DNA of 51,890 nt, filler included, from Sphacelaria rigidula (Eukaryota): assembly GCA_964200075.2 (NCBI GenBank). It is 3 parts of 3 records of this genome, joined end to end, with 100 filler letters (N's around TTAATTAATTAA, not from the genome) between each part and the next. Parts side by side here need not be neighbours in the genome. Positions count along the whole stretch, not along the records: positions 34,665 to 51,890 come from CAXNAA020001137.1; 2 more parts are not named here. One strand, 5' to 3'. The notes under the pieces were generated by a model, which saw only the letters and a list, made by a program, of their open reading frames with translations, had not been told where the DNA came from and searched no databases. Shown here one piece after another: positions 37,935 to 50,480 of the stretch (its first letter is position 1; the number at the start of each line of letters is the position of its first letter). Both the position numbers and the translations under genes were made by a program.

Positions 37935-38930
37935 CCTAGAAGCGAATTTGCAATTTGCAGGCCCATCGTACCGCCAATATTTAGAGCTGGACCCTGAAAT
38001 TTTGTATGGACAATGAATGGGGCATGATGAAAACAATTACCGGTGCATACACGTTTTCTTGTTTTCATGGGACAAGGGCAATATACTGATCCCTGAAAAA
38101 TGATTGTTGCCCTTGACTCATTAGATTGAAAAACACCCTTGTGTGCACTGGTAATTGTTTTTATTGTGCCCTATTCATTGTCACACCGAATTTCAGGGTC
38201 CAATTCTTGATATTGATGGTACAATGGGCCGTTTAGTGACGGGGTCAAAAGAAATTCGTTACAATATTTTGCAGGCCGCTTACCGGCCCTCGTTTGGTGT
38301 CTGGGTACTAGAACTTTGTGTGGGCCGTGGCTAGGGCATAATTGACGAAACAAAGTGGGTCAGGTTGATTTATTTATTTATTTTCACTGATTTAGGCTGT
38401 TTTAGTATGGAAACCGCCATTCTTTTACGAGAACGCCCGAACCTTTCCCCCCCCCAAAAAAACGAGGACCCTTTTTTTTATTCAGCATACCTCTGTGGTT
38501 TTTTATCCTGAGTTTCAAATCACAACTCTAAAAATTGAGCTGAAAATCTGAGATAATGCCCAAAAGCAGTGTTCATTTCTCCTCGAAACTGCCCCAAAAC
38601 ACCGAATAAAACGTGAAGTAAAATGAAAAATGAAAAATATGTGTTTTTAAGCTTTAATATGCACTAGCGGTTCTCCATACGAAATTTCATAGCATAACTC
38701 TCAAAAACTGAGACGCAATATCCAGATGGTTCATCTAGTGCATCTGCTCGTAATATACTGATTTTAGTACGGAAACTTATGTGCGCCATATCTCGAGATA
38801 GATTACGAATTGGGTGAAAGTGAGGGTATCTATCGTCTCCCCGTGCTCCAGGGAATGTCCACACCAAAAATTGTCGTCATCCGCTGAATGCATCGATCGG
38901 GGGGTTCATAGAGATTCTAGTATGGACGCT
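37935..38930 (+). repeat. ~1-kb interspersed repeat with ~270-bp hairpin (37960-38230)
   Basis: Colinear with 22270-23270. Its 5' part also matches 21606-21665. Inverted arms GGCCCATCGTACC...GGACCCTGAAATT / AATTTCAGGGTCC...GGTACAATGGGCC. Confidence 0.8.
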
Positions 38931-40205
38931 ATCTCCGTTAGGTTGAATCGACCGAAGGAGTGCGGCGGGTTTTCTTTTGTATCCGATACGTCCACCTCAT
39001 TTATGCGGCCAGGTGGCTTCAAATCCCGTTGATATATTTTCCGTGTGGGACCGGCAGGGTGAATAACAGAAAAGCTTGAAAAGAATGAAGTGGCACTTGA
39101 ATCCTATCTTGCAGACCACGACGCCAGACAGCACCCATTCACAAAACCATGCTAGCCACACACTAGTGACTCTCAGGGTTGGATGGAAAATGACAGGCTC
39201 AAATATTCATGTAACACCTCTCATCAAAACAAGATGTGCAGCGTTTTCAGCCAATCACATGGCCGTAAATTCACGCATCTGTATTGCGGCACAGCCTACA
39301 TCTGCTGTGGCCGAAACACGTCCACGTGTACATTTGGATGTCGTTTGCTCCTTTTTTGTTGATGTGAGACCCCTTGGCCAGATTAGCAATTCCTCGGACA
39401 AATCATCGAAGTTAAGAAAAACTACGATTTAGTTCGTGTTGATTTGTGCTCGTGTGATTTTGGTGATGAGCGCGGGAAATCCTCCTTCTGCTGCAAGGTC
39501 AAGTAGCGTCCACCGGAGAAGGCAAAAGTGTGTGCCGGGACACTCCAGTGAAGTTGAGCAAGTCATCGTTCGCCTACAACCGTCAAGAGAACAATTTCCC
39601 GAACAACATTTTTTTTTTTTTCTCGAAGGCGATCTAACATCCTCACAAAATGTGCTTCGAGACCCCCAGTTTCTCCGTGTGCCTCCAGGTGCGGCGTAGC
39701 CTATGTCGTTCGGTAAGAGGGTTGGTCTAATCGTTTTGTTTTTTGTTACTTCGTTTTTTTGCCCGAGGCACACAGATATGCCATTGGTGTCTCCCACATT
39801 GCAGCAGACTGTGGTTGGTTTGCGCAGGCGTCTCGACTCTGCGTTGTTGCTCGCAGGCTACGTGTACACGGTTTGGGGGCTTCTTGGCCCGTTTAAGCCC
39901 TCACGACAATCGTCGCAGTAGGCGTTTTGGGGTTGTGGGGTTGTGGGGATTGCTCACCAGACAAAGCGTTCGCGTTGGTCGTGTGCGTATGACCGAAGCC
40001 CGACAAAGGACAAGGCTACATTGTCCCCAGACGAGAGAACCGATGCGAACGCTGTGTATGAATCCACTGTGAACTCGATATCTTTCAAGCTCCGTACATC
40101 CTACCGTTACGGCGATCAAACTCTCGTATTCAAATATTGAAGTCACCGTGAACTAGCACCTAAGCGCTGTCGAAATGGATTGCCAAAAAATACAACAAAC
40201 CGCAG

Positions 40206-40373
40206 GAATACCAAACCGCGGCAGCGAACCCCGAAGATCCGCGATATATCAAGAAGATCTGCGCCGGGCCGATGGTAGAAGAAGACGGCAAGTACATGGT
40301 CGGCAGCTTCTTTCTGGTGGAGGCCACACGCGAGGAGGCTCAGAAGTTCGTCGACGACGACCCATTTAACAAG
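40206..40373 (+). CDS. YCII-related (YciI-like) domain protein, internal exon (EYQ...AGPMVEEDGKYMVGSFFLVEATREEAQKFVDDDPFNK)
   Basis: CGCAG|GAA acceptor, AAG|GTATTT donor, 56 codons, phase 0. AGP...DG...GS.F.VEA...EA..F...DPF is the YciI pattern. This frame is absent from the ORF track. Confidence 0.85.
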
Positions 40374-41265
40374 GTATTTGAACACCGCGACACCTCTTGT
40401 TCCGCCAGATGTGGTCATGGATTTTGACCAGGAGACGGGCGGACGATGGCGCGAACGCAAGTTTGCACACGTGGGACAGCTCATGAGCTACCGTCAGATG
40501 GACACTGATGGACCCATGAAATTTGAAGTGAAAAAAGAACTGCGTTGGTTTACACAATTCTGGAGCCATGCGCCAGGGTTCCGGTGGGCGCAGCTGTTCC
40601 CATTGGGGGATGTGCGTGCACATAGGAGCTGTCTAGCTATAGCTTCGGAGTTACCAGCGTAACGTATCGGTTTTCCGAATAGAGTCTAGAGTTTGGGGGC
40701 TCAAGCACGGTAGTTAGTGTCTTGTCTTGCTGGGTATCTTGATATGGAGACGGTAAACTCGAAGACAACGGAACCGCATGGTGAGTTCGAGCCTGCTGGG
40801 TACTTGCTGTGACCGTGGATACAGCACACGAAGAGTACCACAGCTGGTCCGAAATTGCCAAGCTTGTACATGGGGAACTCGTTTTTGTTGCCCTGCGATT
40901 TTGGATTTAATGAGTCGTTTCATGGGATGTATCGTGAACGCGAATTCCAGTTGCAGGTGTTTCATGCCTACCTGGTCACATTGTCATTTCCACATTCATG
41001 ATACACGCTGTGCGAGCTTGCTTTCCCGCCCCCACCCCTCCCGCCGTCCCAGCATGTTCAAAAGTATAAGAGGAAGCCTCAACGACGTGTTTCGATCCGC
41101 AGCACCTGAAGCCCCTGGCTGCTCACATTTTCCCAGCGACAGCATAAGACTTCACTTTGAACGTGTCTTGTTTCGTTCCCTAATCTGTTGTTTTGTTCCC
41201 CCTCTGGCGAACTTGTTTTGCAACCGTGTGTTGGTGCTTTTCGCTGGTCCTCCCTTTACAAACAG

Positions 41266-41340
41266 GGAAATGTTTGGCAAACCATATCAATCCAGCGCTA
41301 CGTGTCCGTAGGCGGAATCAAGGAGCACGGTGGAAACTAG
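41266..41340 (+). CDS. YCII-related protein, last exon (GNVWQTISIQRYVSVGGIKEHGGN*)
   Basis: AACAG|GGA acceptor, phase 0. Completes the YciI DPFxK-GxW-xxI motif and ends in TAG. Confidence 0.7.
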   Translation, partial: GNVWQTISIQRYVSVGGIKEHGGN

Positions 41341-43614
41341 TGATGGAAATGGGTACTTCAACCAGGGCCTTGGGAGGGGATCTTTACGTTGCCAGGATAT
41401 CATCTCAGTTTTTTCAAGGGAGGGGCGAATATATCGCCTGAAGTAGTAGTAATCACCGCATTTTCCAACTTCTTGGAAGGGGAGGAAGAACGGTCGAGGC
41501 GCGTGTGGTATTCCAGTCATGAGTCGCTCCACTTTACCAGGACGGTGCGTTTTAATTGCATGGGGTGCAGCTCACGCTAGGGAGGTACGCCTGCCTCATC
41601 CTGTGCAACGAGTAGCAATTGTCGCGATCTCGTACTAGAATTCTGTAGTTCCAAGTAGTGGAGCTCATGAAAAGACGTGGATACACATACTTCATAACAT
41701 TTGGGTTTGTGGTTTGAGGTATTGGCCGTTAGCGAAAATATGTTGATAGCAAGTTGCATGTAGGAAGAGCGACGATCGCTGGGGACAACTTGAGCGACAC
41801 TTTTCACCCCAGAGTGATGGAATCCACCGTACCTTGTGTGATGGAAGTTGACCGCACCAAATAATTTCTTCCTCATTGAGAGAGCCCAGGCACTCTTGTG
41901 GTGCCCGCGTTCGTTAAATCGTACTGACAACATCCTGACCCGTGCTACGGGGCAGCTCTTGGGAAATGGACTGCGTAGCCAACCAGCGCTCTTGCATTCA
42001 CTGTGCGCTTCACCACGAGCAACGAGTTGACCTCTTCAACAGAGCAGCACCATGTAAGCCAGTATGCCGCATATCAAACCTGCGTGGAGCTCGAGTGCCG
42101 CCCAACTTATCAACGTGCTGCTTGCCAAAACAACACGCAAGATGAGTACAGATGGGCACCGGCGGCAGCATAGTTTTCGTATTGCTGCCCTCGGTAGGGC
42201 AAAGTCTAGACAAAAACCTTCAGAACTTTTTTTTTTTATTATAATTATTTCAGTCGCTGCATACTCGTACTGGTTTCTGTTCTCGCTGGCTTGCTCGTCA
42301 CTAATTCTCCAGTATTGTACAAGTGTCGATACGTGTTCCTCTTTGGCCATGAAACGTTTCCTGGTATCCACTGAGGTCCTGGCCCCCAAAGAAGGCAGCA
42401 AACAGCGAGGGCAAAACCTTGGACCGTAACACTTGTCGGAAAACTCGGTTCAGAAATTCGCTGCAGAGTATGCTCGTGCAAGGAGTAGTCAACAAACATC
42501 ATTGAAGAACATAACTCCCCGCAGCGTCATTTGAGTTGGGGCGAGGTGCGCTTAGTATAGGCGTCGAGGTCCAACTACTCGATGTGCAAGGGGAACAGTG
42601 TGGAAAGGATGTACGGTGCATTTGTCATGAGTGTTGTCCACTTTTGATTATAAACAACCTCCGCGGCTACGTTGCACTGTGGTCTCCATACCGCACCGTA
42701 CGTACTGCACTGTACATCATGGCAGAAACAACGGAGTTGATCCCACTGTTTCTGTGCAGGTCGTGTGCAGCACAGCAGTCTGCTCATGAAACATGAAGGT
42801 CACCAGATTTAAACTTGAAGCAGAGTCTGTCCTCTTATCAAGCGTGTGTCGCCGCGCCCATCACGTTGCAGAGAGGTCAGGCCTGGCCTCACCGCCGCAT
42901 TGCGACTGCGTTCGGTGTATATATATCGTACATCACAAAACAGCGCAGTGCCACCTTCGCAACACCCGTTTCACTGTATGGTCATCCGCACTGAAACAGT
43001 ACTGAATCCCTACCATGAAATTCATGAACGGGTCGGGGTGCGCTCTTCTTCGTTCGATCAGAAGACATGCGGCGTCTTCGGACTCCTTAACCTGCTCTGG
43101 CTTCACGCGAACAGACATCAAACACACATGCACGCCCGGAATACTTCAACACCCGAGCGTCCTTGTCAACAACTCACGCTCTCATGTTCTGCGGTTGCCA
43201 CTAAAGTTGAGCACAAGCGATTGGACGAGCTCGTAGATGCGTTCTCCAACAATAATCGAAGACAGTAGCGTCAATACGCGTGCTCACTTGAACGGCAGTA
43301 CTGTGACTTTCTTCTGTGACAGCCTCAGCTTCAGCGACAACAGACTACCATGCCTCGCTTGCTGACAATTACTTTACCCACCGTAAGTCTGCGATTGACC
43401 GCACAACAGCCGACACCCCCAGACCCCTCGCGTAATTATCAGCGCACTGTCCAAGGACACGGGTGCGGCTATAAATACATGGTGTCGAACGGTTCCGAAC
43501 AGCTGGAGTACAAGAAGCAATGTCACAGAGTGGGTTATCATGCCCTTTCTAGACGAGCCCTCGTCCGCTATCGCGTTTCTGATCCGTCAAAATGAAATTG
43601 CCCCAACCACTACG

Positions 43615-43907
43615 AACAACGTTTTCGTGAGATTGAGAGTAGAGCGCTGATTGAGAGTGACTCATTCCCTTTAGCTTCCCTAATTTTTCATTCCGTGTGT
43701 GCTTTTCTTTGCCTCCATCACTGGAGTGTGCTTAGCTACACGTCAATGTCCTACTCGGGGATATCAAGGGTCTCAGTGACAATCTACGACAGAAAGCACA
43801 TCGGGCCTCGTGGAGGAGCATTTCGGAACTGAAACGATTCACTCACTAATTAAACGCTTTTCACTCTCAATCATATCCTCTACTCTCAAGCTCACGAAAA
43901 CATTGTT
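43615..43907. mobile_element. 300-bp MITE copy 3, TSD TACG/TGCG
   Basis: Same TIRs and internal sequence as 37076-37375; 3 of 4 flanking bases duplicated. Confidence 0.8.
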
Positions 43908-44038
43908 TGCGGCGCACGTCACACAGCCATCGCACCCACACGAACGGATGTATATCTCAACGAAAATGGTCAAAAATGGTTTCGAACGTCGCTTAAAACT
44001 TCACGAAACAAGCTAACTCCAAGGATGACCTTCCGTGT

Positions 44039-44485
44039 TCACCACAACCGCCGAACATTAGGCCCAACGGTAGCAACGAGCACGTCGTCTTTCCCCTTGC
44101 CCATCTTCACCATGCTGAATTTTCCCTGCTCTCCCGCCACGGCTTCTTCACCCCGTGACTTCTCCACCGCGCCAAACACGTGTAGCCGAGGCACGTTTTT
44201 CTCCTGGGTGATATCCCATGCGTCAATCATCATCACCATCCCGTCTATTTCCAGCTGCGGCTCGTTCTTCTGGAAAGAAAGGGCGATGGAGATCTGTAAC
44301 CGCGTCCGCCCCGTGTCCTCGTCCAGGTAGACTTCCCACCGACCACCGACCGGCTTCAGACCTTCCTCGGCGCTCCACTCAACCTCCGGCGTTCTCCTCA
44401 CTGTCGGTCCACCCACAACCTGACCATCCGCCCGAAGAATGATGCGAGACCTCATGTCCTCGCGATCGCCTGTGGCTCCATAGAG
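44039..44485 (-). CDS. Hypothetical (probably plastid-targeted) protein, last exon
   Basis: Acceptor TTTGTAG|CTC at 44485, in frame with ORF 44039..44455 and with the phase-0 donor at 47427. Beta-strand-rich globular sequence. Confidence 0.75.
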   Translation of the reverse strand, partial: LYGATGDREDMRSRIILRADGQVVGGPTVRRTPEVEWSAEEGLKPVGGRWEVYLDEDTGRTRLQISIALSFQKNEPQLEIDGMVMMIDAWDITQEKNVPRLHVFGAVEKSRGEEAVAGEQGKFSMVKMGKGKDDVLVATVGPNVRRLW

Positions 44486-44799
44486 CTACAAAGCGTTCGA
44501 TGGATATAGCGGTGAAGAGGCCAAGGTTCAACTTTGGGGCGGGAGCCGGAAGGCTGGGCTAAGGCTACGAAATGTTGTTCGTTACACAGTTGCGGTGTAT
44601 CATGTGTTGGAACCAGCGCGAGTAGGCAAGACGCAGACGACTAGGACGGAGAGTAAGTTGTCGGTAAGAGTCAACAGTTTCGAAGTACCTGCACAAAGAT
44701 CGATGCACCGCGCAGAGTATAAACCGCCGACTGCGGAATAATGACCGTGTTGGAACTCCGGGTCGCGGCCATTTTGAGCCGCTGTTTGTTCTTTGTTGC

Positions 44800-44950
44800 C
44801 ATCCCATCTATTCTGGATGCCAGTCTACACCTTTTGGGACACGTGGGCGCATCAGCGAGGATCACACAGGAGAAAGGCCAACACAGGATTTTTTCTCTTC
44901 TATTTTGTTTTTACTTCTCCATCTTCCTTCTGCGGTACTTGCCTTATTCA
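44800..44950 (-). mobile_element. 5'-truncated tRNA-SINE (3' body only)
   Basis: Matches 240-390. Confidence 0.75.
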
Positions 44951-46544
44951 TTCAGTGTTATTCCTTTTCGATAATATGGAAGCTTTTGTCAGGATGACGT
45001 GTACGTTCTACCAGCTGAAGTCACGTTCCGCCGGTTCAATTATCTCGAGCTCAGACAGGACGTCATCGTGGCAAGAGGATTGGACACTATTAGCTTCAAC
45101 AGCTCGCTTCACGGGCGATAAAACACATGGGAGGAAGCTGCATGACGCACTAGATTCGTCACAGCACATGTCGCAAGCAGTTTTTGCTGAATAGATGTAT
45201 CAATCCGCTAAAACAGGCCGATATTGGTGCAGGGTTCTCTAGATGCGGGCCCCACTCTGTGCGCATCGGTCTTGGAACACACATCCTTGTATATGAAATA
45301 TGCTCATTTGCTGCTGTGTTCGACACTGCGTACCAACCGCAGCGTGACGCGTTGGGCGGTGCTGCCTGCTCACTGCACAGCGGCAGGGTGCAGGGTGACA
45401 AGGCACACCACAGGACGTCACATCATTAGCCTATCTTTGTCCTGCATTGACTTCGCGCTGTCCTGTTCAGTTCGCCACATCATGAACGCAACTGCCTGTA
45501 TCTGCGACCAGGGTGTATGCGGGATATAACCCCTCGCTACGCGCTATATCGCTACGACACATTTTGTGAAGCTGTCCGTGTTGCAGCTGCAGCGTGCGTT
45601 CGCCCCAGGTGGCGCACGCAGGAGTGGAAGGTCGCCTCAGCTGTTGTTATGGCTGCCTGTATCTTGGGCGAAGCTGTATATGGTATCACAGCCGCCATGG
45701 CGCGAGAGCCGCCTGTAGCATTTCACATCCTGGAGATTTTTGTTTATACATTGCTGTCTCGAAGTGTAGCCTTCCAGTTACTGATTTCAAGCACTGTAGT
45801 CGTAATAGTATTAAAAAAATTACAGCTGGCGGTATATTTTATACTGTGCGCAGTACACTTCCAACATTTGTTCGTACTAACTGTAGAAATCTATCCAGGG
45901 TCTGATATATTTCTACATGAAATATATTTCAGGATCTGCCACATTTCCACATATAATCTGGTGCGGTGAGATGGTGGAAAAATCCACAACAGGTGGGCGA
46001 ACTGTAGGTGAGGCAATCGCCAAAATATTCACCTACAGACTCTTAACCAGTGCACTGTAAGTTGATATCGCTAGGAGGACACTACTATAACTACCTTGCC
46101 GGCTGCCAGACTGCCAGGATTTTAAATCCGCTAGCATTGCTACTCTCTGCACGGGGATGTTGCCAACTTGTCGAGTACGTGGGGAAGGGCCCATGGCAGA
46201 ACGCAGCGGTCGCGTGAGACAAGCTTAACCTTGACGTGTCGAGCTTTTCGGACCGGCGAACGTTCAGCCTAGACCCTCATATATATGATGGGGCCTGGAT
46301 GCTGGTTATTTTATCGTTTTCTGCGAGTGTTCATCCCTAACTGGGCGAAGATTAACGATGAAGCCGGAAGGATCCTATCTGCGAGCCTGACCGATATTGT
46401 ACCTACTAAAATCGTCATCAGACAGGAGGTGGTAAATAAAAATAGAAGCGGGTGAGAGTGGTGTCCACCGTTTCAATGTAAACCGGGCCATCAGCGCCTT
46501 TTGCAGCCATGGCTGCGGCTCCGACACCTTGCTGTGGTACCAAT

Positions 46545-46852
46545 CAACACATCCTCCAAGTTTCGGCGTCATCACAAGCGAGGTGCGGATTTTCTTGGCG
46601 TCCAACCTTCAAAAACACAACCTCCATATAATCGGAAAGGAATAACTGTATTATTACGAGAGGTATTCGGCGGGGCCCTTTCCCTCGTCGACCGTGAAGT
46701 CGACTTTTTTGTACCCACGACATAGTCGCTCTCCACTGTTGGGCATGGTGTGAGAAGAAATCCCAGATCGTGTGACTGCACCGAAAATCGAAACCACGAC
46801 CCAACCGTCAGGAGGTTTTAAGGTTACCAACTGAGCCACCGGGGCGGCCGGC
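46545..46852 (-). mobile_element. tRNA-derived SINE with same head/core but different 3' part (3' boundary approximate)
   Basis: A box TGGCTCAGTTGG, degenerate B box GTTTCGATTT and ~190-bp core shared with 390-585, after which the sequence diverges. Confidence 0.75.
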
Positions 46853-47149
46853 AACTTGTCCTTGCATATACAACTATGGGAATACAGTACAGAGAGAGGG
46901 GTCGATCCCTCAGAACAACAGATTCATCACAAGGAACGGGAGGGCTTGCAAGTGTGACGGGGGGGCGGTACTGTGAAGGCGTGGGCCCAAAACAAAATTG
47001 AGATTGACGCACCTCACTTGAGCGACGACCGAGGTTATGGCTTGCGAGAATACCGAAGAGTCTATAAATTTTGCCGGGCACAATCCTGCACACGTCGGAT
47101 GGGTCATTACTCGCCGAAACGAGTGCATTCGTTGATGTTTTTGAAGACA

Positions 47150-47257
47150 CAACGAGCATGACTCGAGTACTTGCCCTCTTAATTTTTGCACAACGAGCAA
47201 TGACTCGAGTACTCGCCCTATTATTTTCTCCACAACGAGCAATGACTAGAGTGCTCG
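47150..47257. repeat. ~41-bp tandem repeat, ~2.6 copies (CAACGAGCAATGACTCGAGTACT...)
   Basis: Direct reading. Confidence 0.85.
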
Positions 47258-47426
47258 AAGACCTCCAGAAACGGCCGACGAGCAGCCCAACGAGCGCGAG
47301 TGCCACGAGTCATACTCGCGCTCGTCCGACGTATGCAATCCTGTTCGCCACCCGGCAGACTCGCCACCTAACAAATGACGTTGCTATTTGATGCGTATAA
47401 ATAATTTCAGAGAAGATGAACCGCAC

Positions 47427-48359
47427 CTGCCAAAATCCGACAATGTCTTCCGGCTGTCCTGGTTCGAGCTTCAAATATTTCATGGTGACGACACGCCTGT
47501 CAGACTCGCCCACGTCGCTGGGGAAAATGCCACCCTCCAGCCCCAATCCGAGGGGAAGGGTGGTTGGTGCACTTGATGCCTCACCGCCGTTGCCACCATC
47601 ACCATCGGCGGCATCCATTGCCTCACTCTCCGCTGCTGCTGCGGCCGCTTGCGCTAGCCAGTGAGACATCTCGTCACGTCTTCGCTTGGCTGTGTCTTCC
47701 GAATCCGCACCAACCTGACGTTGTCCTGTTATACGTTCCTTCTCGTCGGCGATCGCTGCGCGTAGTGATGATGTGTCTACGACTTCCCCCTCCGCCCGCG
47801 ATTGGCGTTGCCCTTCCGTCTTGTTTCTTTCTTCGGCGATCGCTGCGCGTAGTGACCCTATTTCCCTAGCCGGGAACCCTCGACCCGCGAATTCGGCCGC
47901 GGCGTCGGCGGCTGCTGCTGCAGCTGCTGCTGCGGCGGCGGGGTTTGTCTTGACCATCTCTCTCTCCCTGGCCTCTTTTTGTGCGTAAAACTCATCAATC
48001 CCCCATAGCTGATCCGTTGATTCCTTCTCATCATCCTTGCCATCATTTGTGCGACCTAATGGGCTTTCAGTTCCCTCCTCCTCGCCGATCGGGCCAGCCA
48101 CCGCCCGCAGTCGGTGCGGGGTTCTTGAGTTATAGCATGTCGCCGACCGGGGGTGGGTGCCAGGGCGTCTGGCAGCTGCAGTGGCGGCTGTGCGACTACC
48201 GGGTGGAGATTGTCGTATACGACAACAGGGAGCCGAGACAAAGGCCAGCGATGACGAGCGTCCATCGTACAACATTGCAGCCGTCAGAGAGACAATCGAG
48301 AAGTGCCACCGGCGTTGTTGTGTTCGTCGTCGTCTTTCCATCATCGCTTGAGCAGACAT
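47427..48359 (-). CDS. Hypothetical (probably plastid-targeted) protein, first exon; ~459 aa when joined to 44039-44485
   Basis: 349-aa ORF with hydrophobic signal then SSSLA-FVSAP (ASAFAP-like) and Arg/Ser-rich transit-like region. Donor CAG|GTGCGG at 47427, phase 0. Confidence 0.75.
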
Positions 48360-50214
48360 GATTACGGTGGTTGCGGGGTGTCTTCAGGTGCTATCCTTTG
48401 GTTTACCACCCCTTTGACAATGCTACTTGTACGCAGCTAGTACTGAAACTCTCTGCAGGTAACCACAGAACTTTTGATATAAAACCCTACTGCTCACCTC
48501 TTGGCGGCTATGGTGTACAACAAAGCGGGTTCGGTGCTACCCGCAACAGCTTATTTATATGAGCTGCCTGTGAGCTGTACAACTTCCCATTGATCGTGGA
48601 GCATGACCATATAACACGCAGGCGACGTATTCTTAACCTAAGGGACTGCACTGTTCACATTGCTGTTGTCCTACTGTCCTACGCTCAACATAGCACAGCC
48701 GATTAGTTCATTAGTACAGCAGCATAAGGGCATCCACTTGGCACAGCACAGCACAACACAGAAAGCGCTCCTAAGTGATTTCCATCCCGGCTCATCATGA
48801 CGTCCACACCTTTCCACCAACAGCCCTCACAAAAGAACGGGCGTAGTCGAATACGTGCTGCGTCCATGGGTCTCATGTGTGCCTGTTGCTGCATGCATCA
48901 AGGGTCAGGCTTCGTTGTACCACATGCTGCATCTCTGTCTACTGCTGCTCGGACGAGGCGGACGCTACCCGGAGATTCGGCGGCCGCTGGAGCATTCACG
49001 CCCGTGGCGAACGCTCGCTTGCCGCGTATGGAGAGTGGTGTGGCTGAGTGCAGGTGAGGTTCATGGACGATTATTCTTGTAACGGTGAGTATGTGTGTCC
49101 ATCTCAACGCATGTGGTACGAGGACGGGATCAGCAGTGTCGATAACAAGCACGTGTCATGTTTTCTTGCGTCGACAACCTTACATATTGAGGGGGGGGGG
49201 TGACATTTCGGTGGTGTGGTTCCTCTCTTGGGAAATGGGGACGCGTAGACCTTAGAAGAAACGATTATGAATTTCACTGCTGTTTAATCTGTCCTCTGGG
49301 TGATGATGGGGGGGGGGGAGGCACACATGGGCGAGGTAGGGCGGAGGGGTATACGGCGCATTACTATGGGATCCCAGATGTTCATGTTTCTAACTGCACT
49401 ACGCGCACTGCAGCGTCGTGTTGTACTTACAGCTGCCATATGAGAATTGGGAGTCCACGCCCCCATAGAGCGCGGCGGGTGAAGACTGCGTACGTAGCCA
49501 GCAGCTTCCATCGCCCTGACCTTATGATACGTTCCTTGTGCATTTTTGAACGGCCTCAATCGTCATTCAGTTGCGCCCGAAAAGGCGTCGGGATACCGGG
49601 GGGCATTTCACATGAATTCTACAGCAGTACACTCCCGTCCAGTAATTGCATGATGTAGAAGAACGAATGGCATCCAGATCTTGGATTGCCCCGAAACATG
49701 TAAAAAGGCAGGAAGAGCGGAGCAAGTTCAGTCCTCACGTACTCGCAGACACGTGAACTCATATTCCGTGCCACGCAATGTGCTCCACACGGTTCGCTAT
49801 CGCTTACGCTGCTCTGACAGCGATAGCCCGAATTGACAATCATTTACTGTCTGCACCGTCGGTATTGAACCACATTACAGTAGTGGATGCGAACGGCCAA
49901 CCGACTTCAACCGCTCGACGTGGGTACGTATGTACATGTGTGCATGACGCCCAGACCCGGCGGGCTGTTGCGATAGGTGGTTGGCATACGACATGTTCAA
50001 CAGTACACTACGAGTACAGTATAATCCAGTCCATTCGAACTCCATACGACGTATAGAGAGACGAAACCTACGTGTGGTTGCCGAATGGTCCAGCGCGATG
50101 CATTATAGCACAGTTGATGGAAGATGGTTCGTCTCAGGAACGAAAGCAGAATCCTCACCAAACTTCGGACATGAACAAATTCATACAGAACACACCATGT
50201 GCCTCATTATTTAA

Positions 50215-50480
50215 CGGGTCGGCCCGATGGCTCAGTTGGTAACCTGCACAGCTTCCGACGGCTGGGTCGCGAGTTCGATTCTCAATTCAGTTTCATGGTC
50301 GGGGATCTTTTCTCACATGATGCCTCAACAGTAGGGCAGTTCCTTAAGCCGCTCCTGATGGCACAGTTGGTAACCTCGACAGCTTCTGACGACCTGGGCG
50401 TGAGGCCGATTCTCAATTCATTGACACGCTCGGGGATCCTTACTTACACAGTGCCTCAAGAGTGGGCCACTTCCTTGGGC
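50215..50480 (+). mobile_element. Dimeric tRNA-derived SINE (two ~131-bp head-to-tail monomers)
   Basis: A boxes TGGCTCAGTTGG (50228) and TGGCACAGTTGG (50359), each followed by a B-box-like GTTCGATTC / GCCGATTC and a shared tail. Confidence 0.7.

Noticed and set aside
39965-40045. First exon of the YCII gene (FALVVCV*PKPDKG...RRENR)
   Set aside because: It resembles the YciI N-terminus loosely but has an in-frame stop, no conserved His and no suitable donor.
45517-45969. 150-aa membrane protein ORF
   Set aside because: It lies antisense in an intron among repeats, starts at a non-ATG codon and has no recognisable domain.
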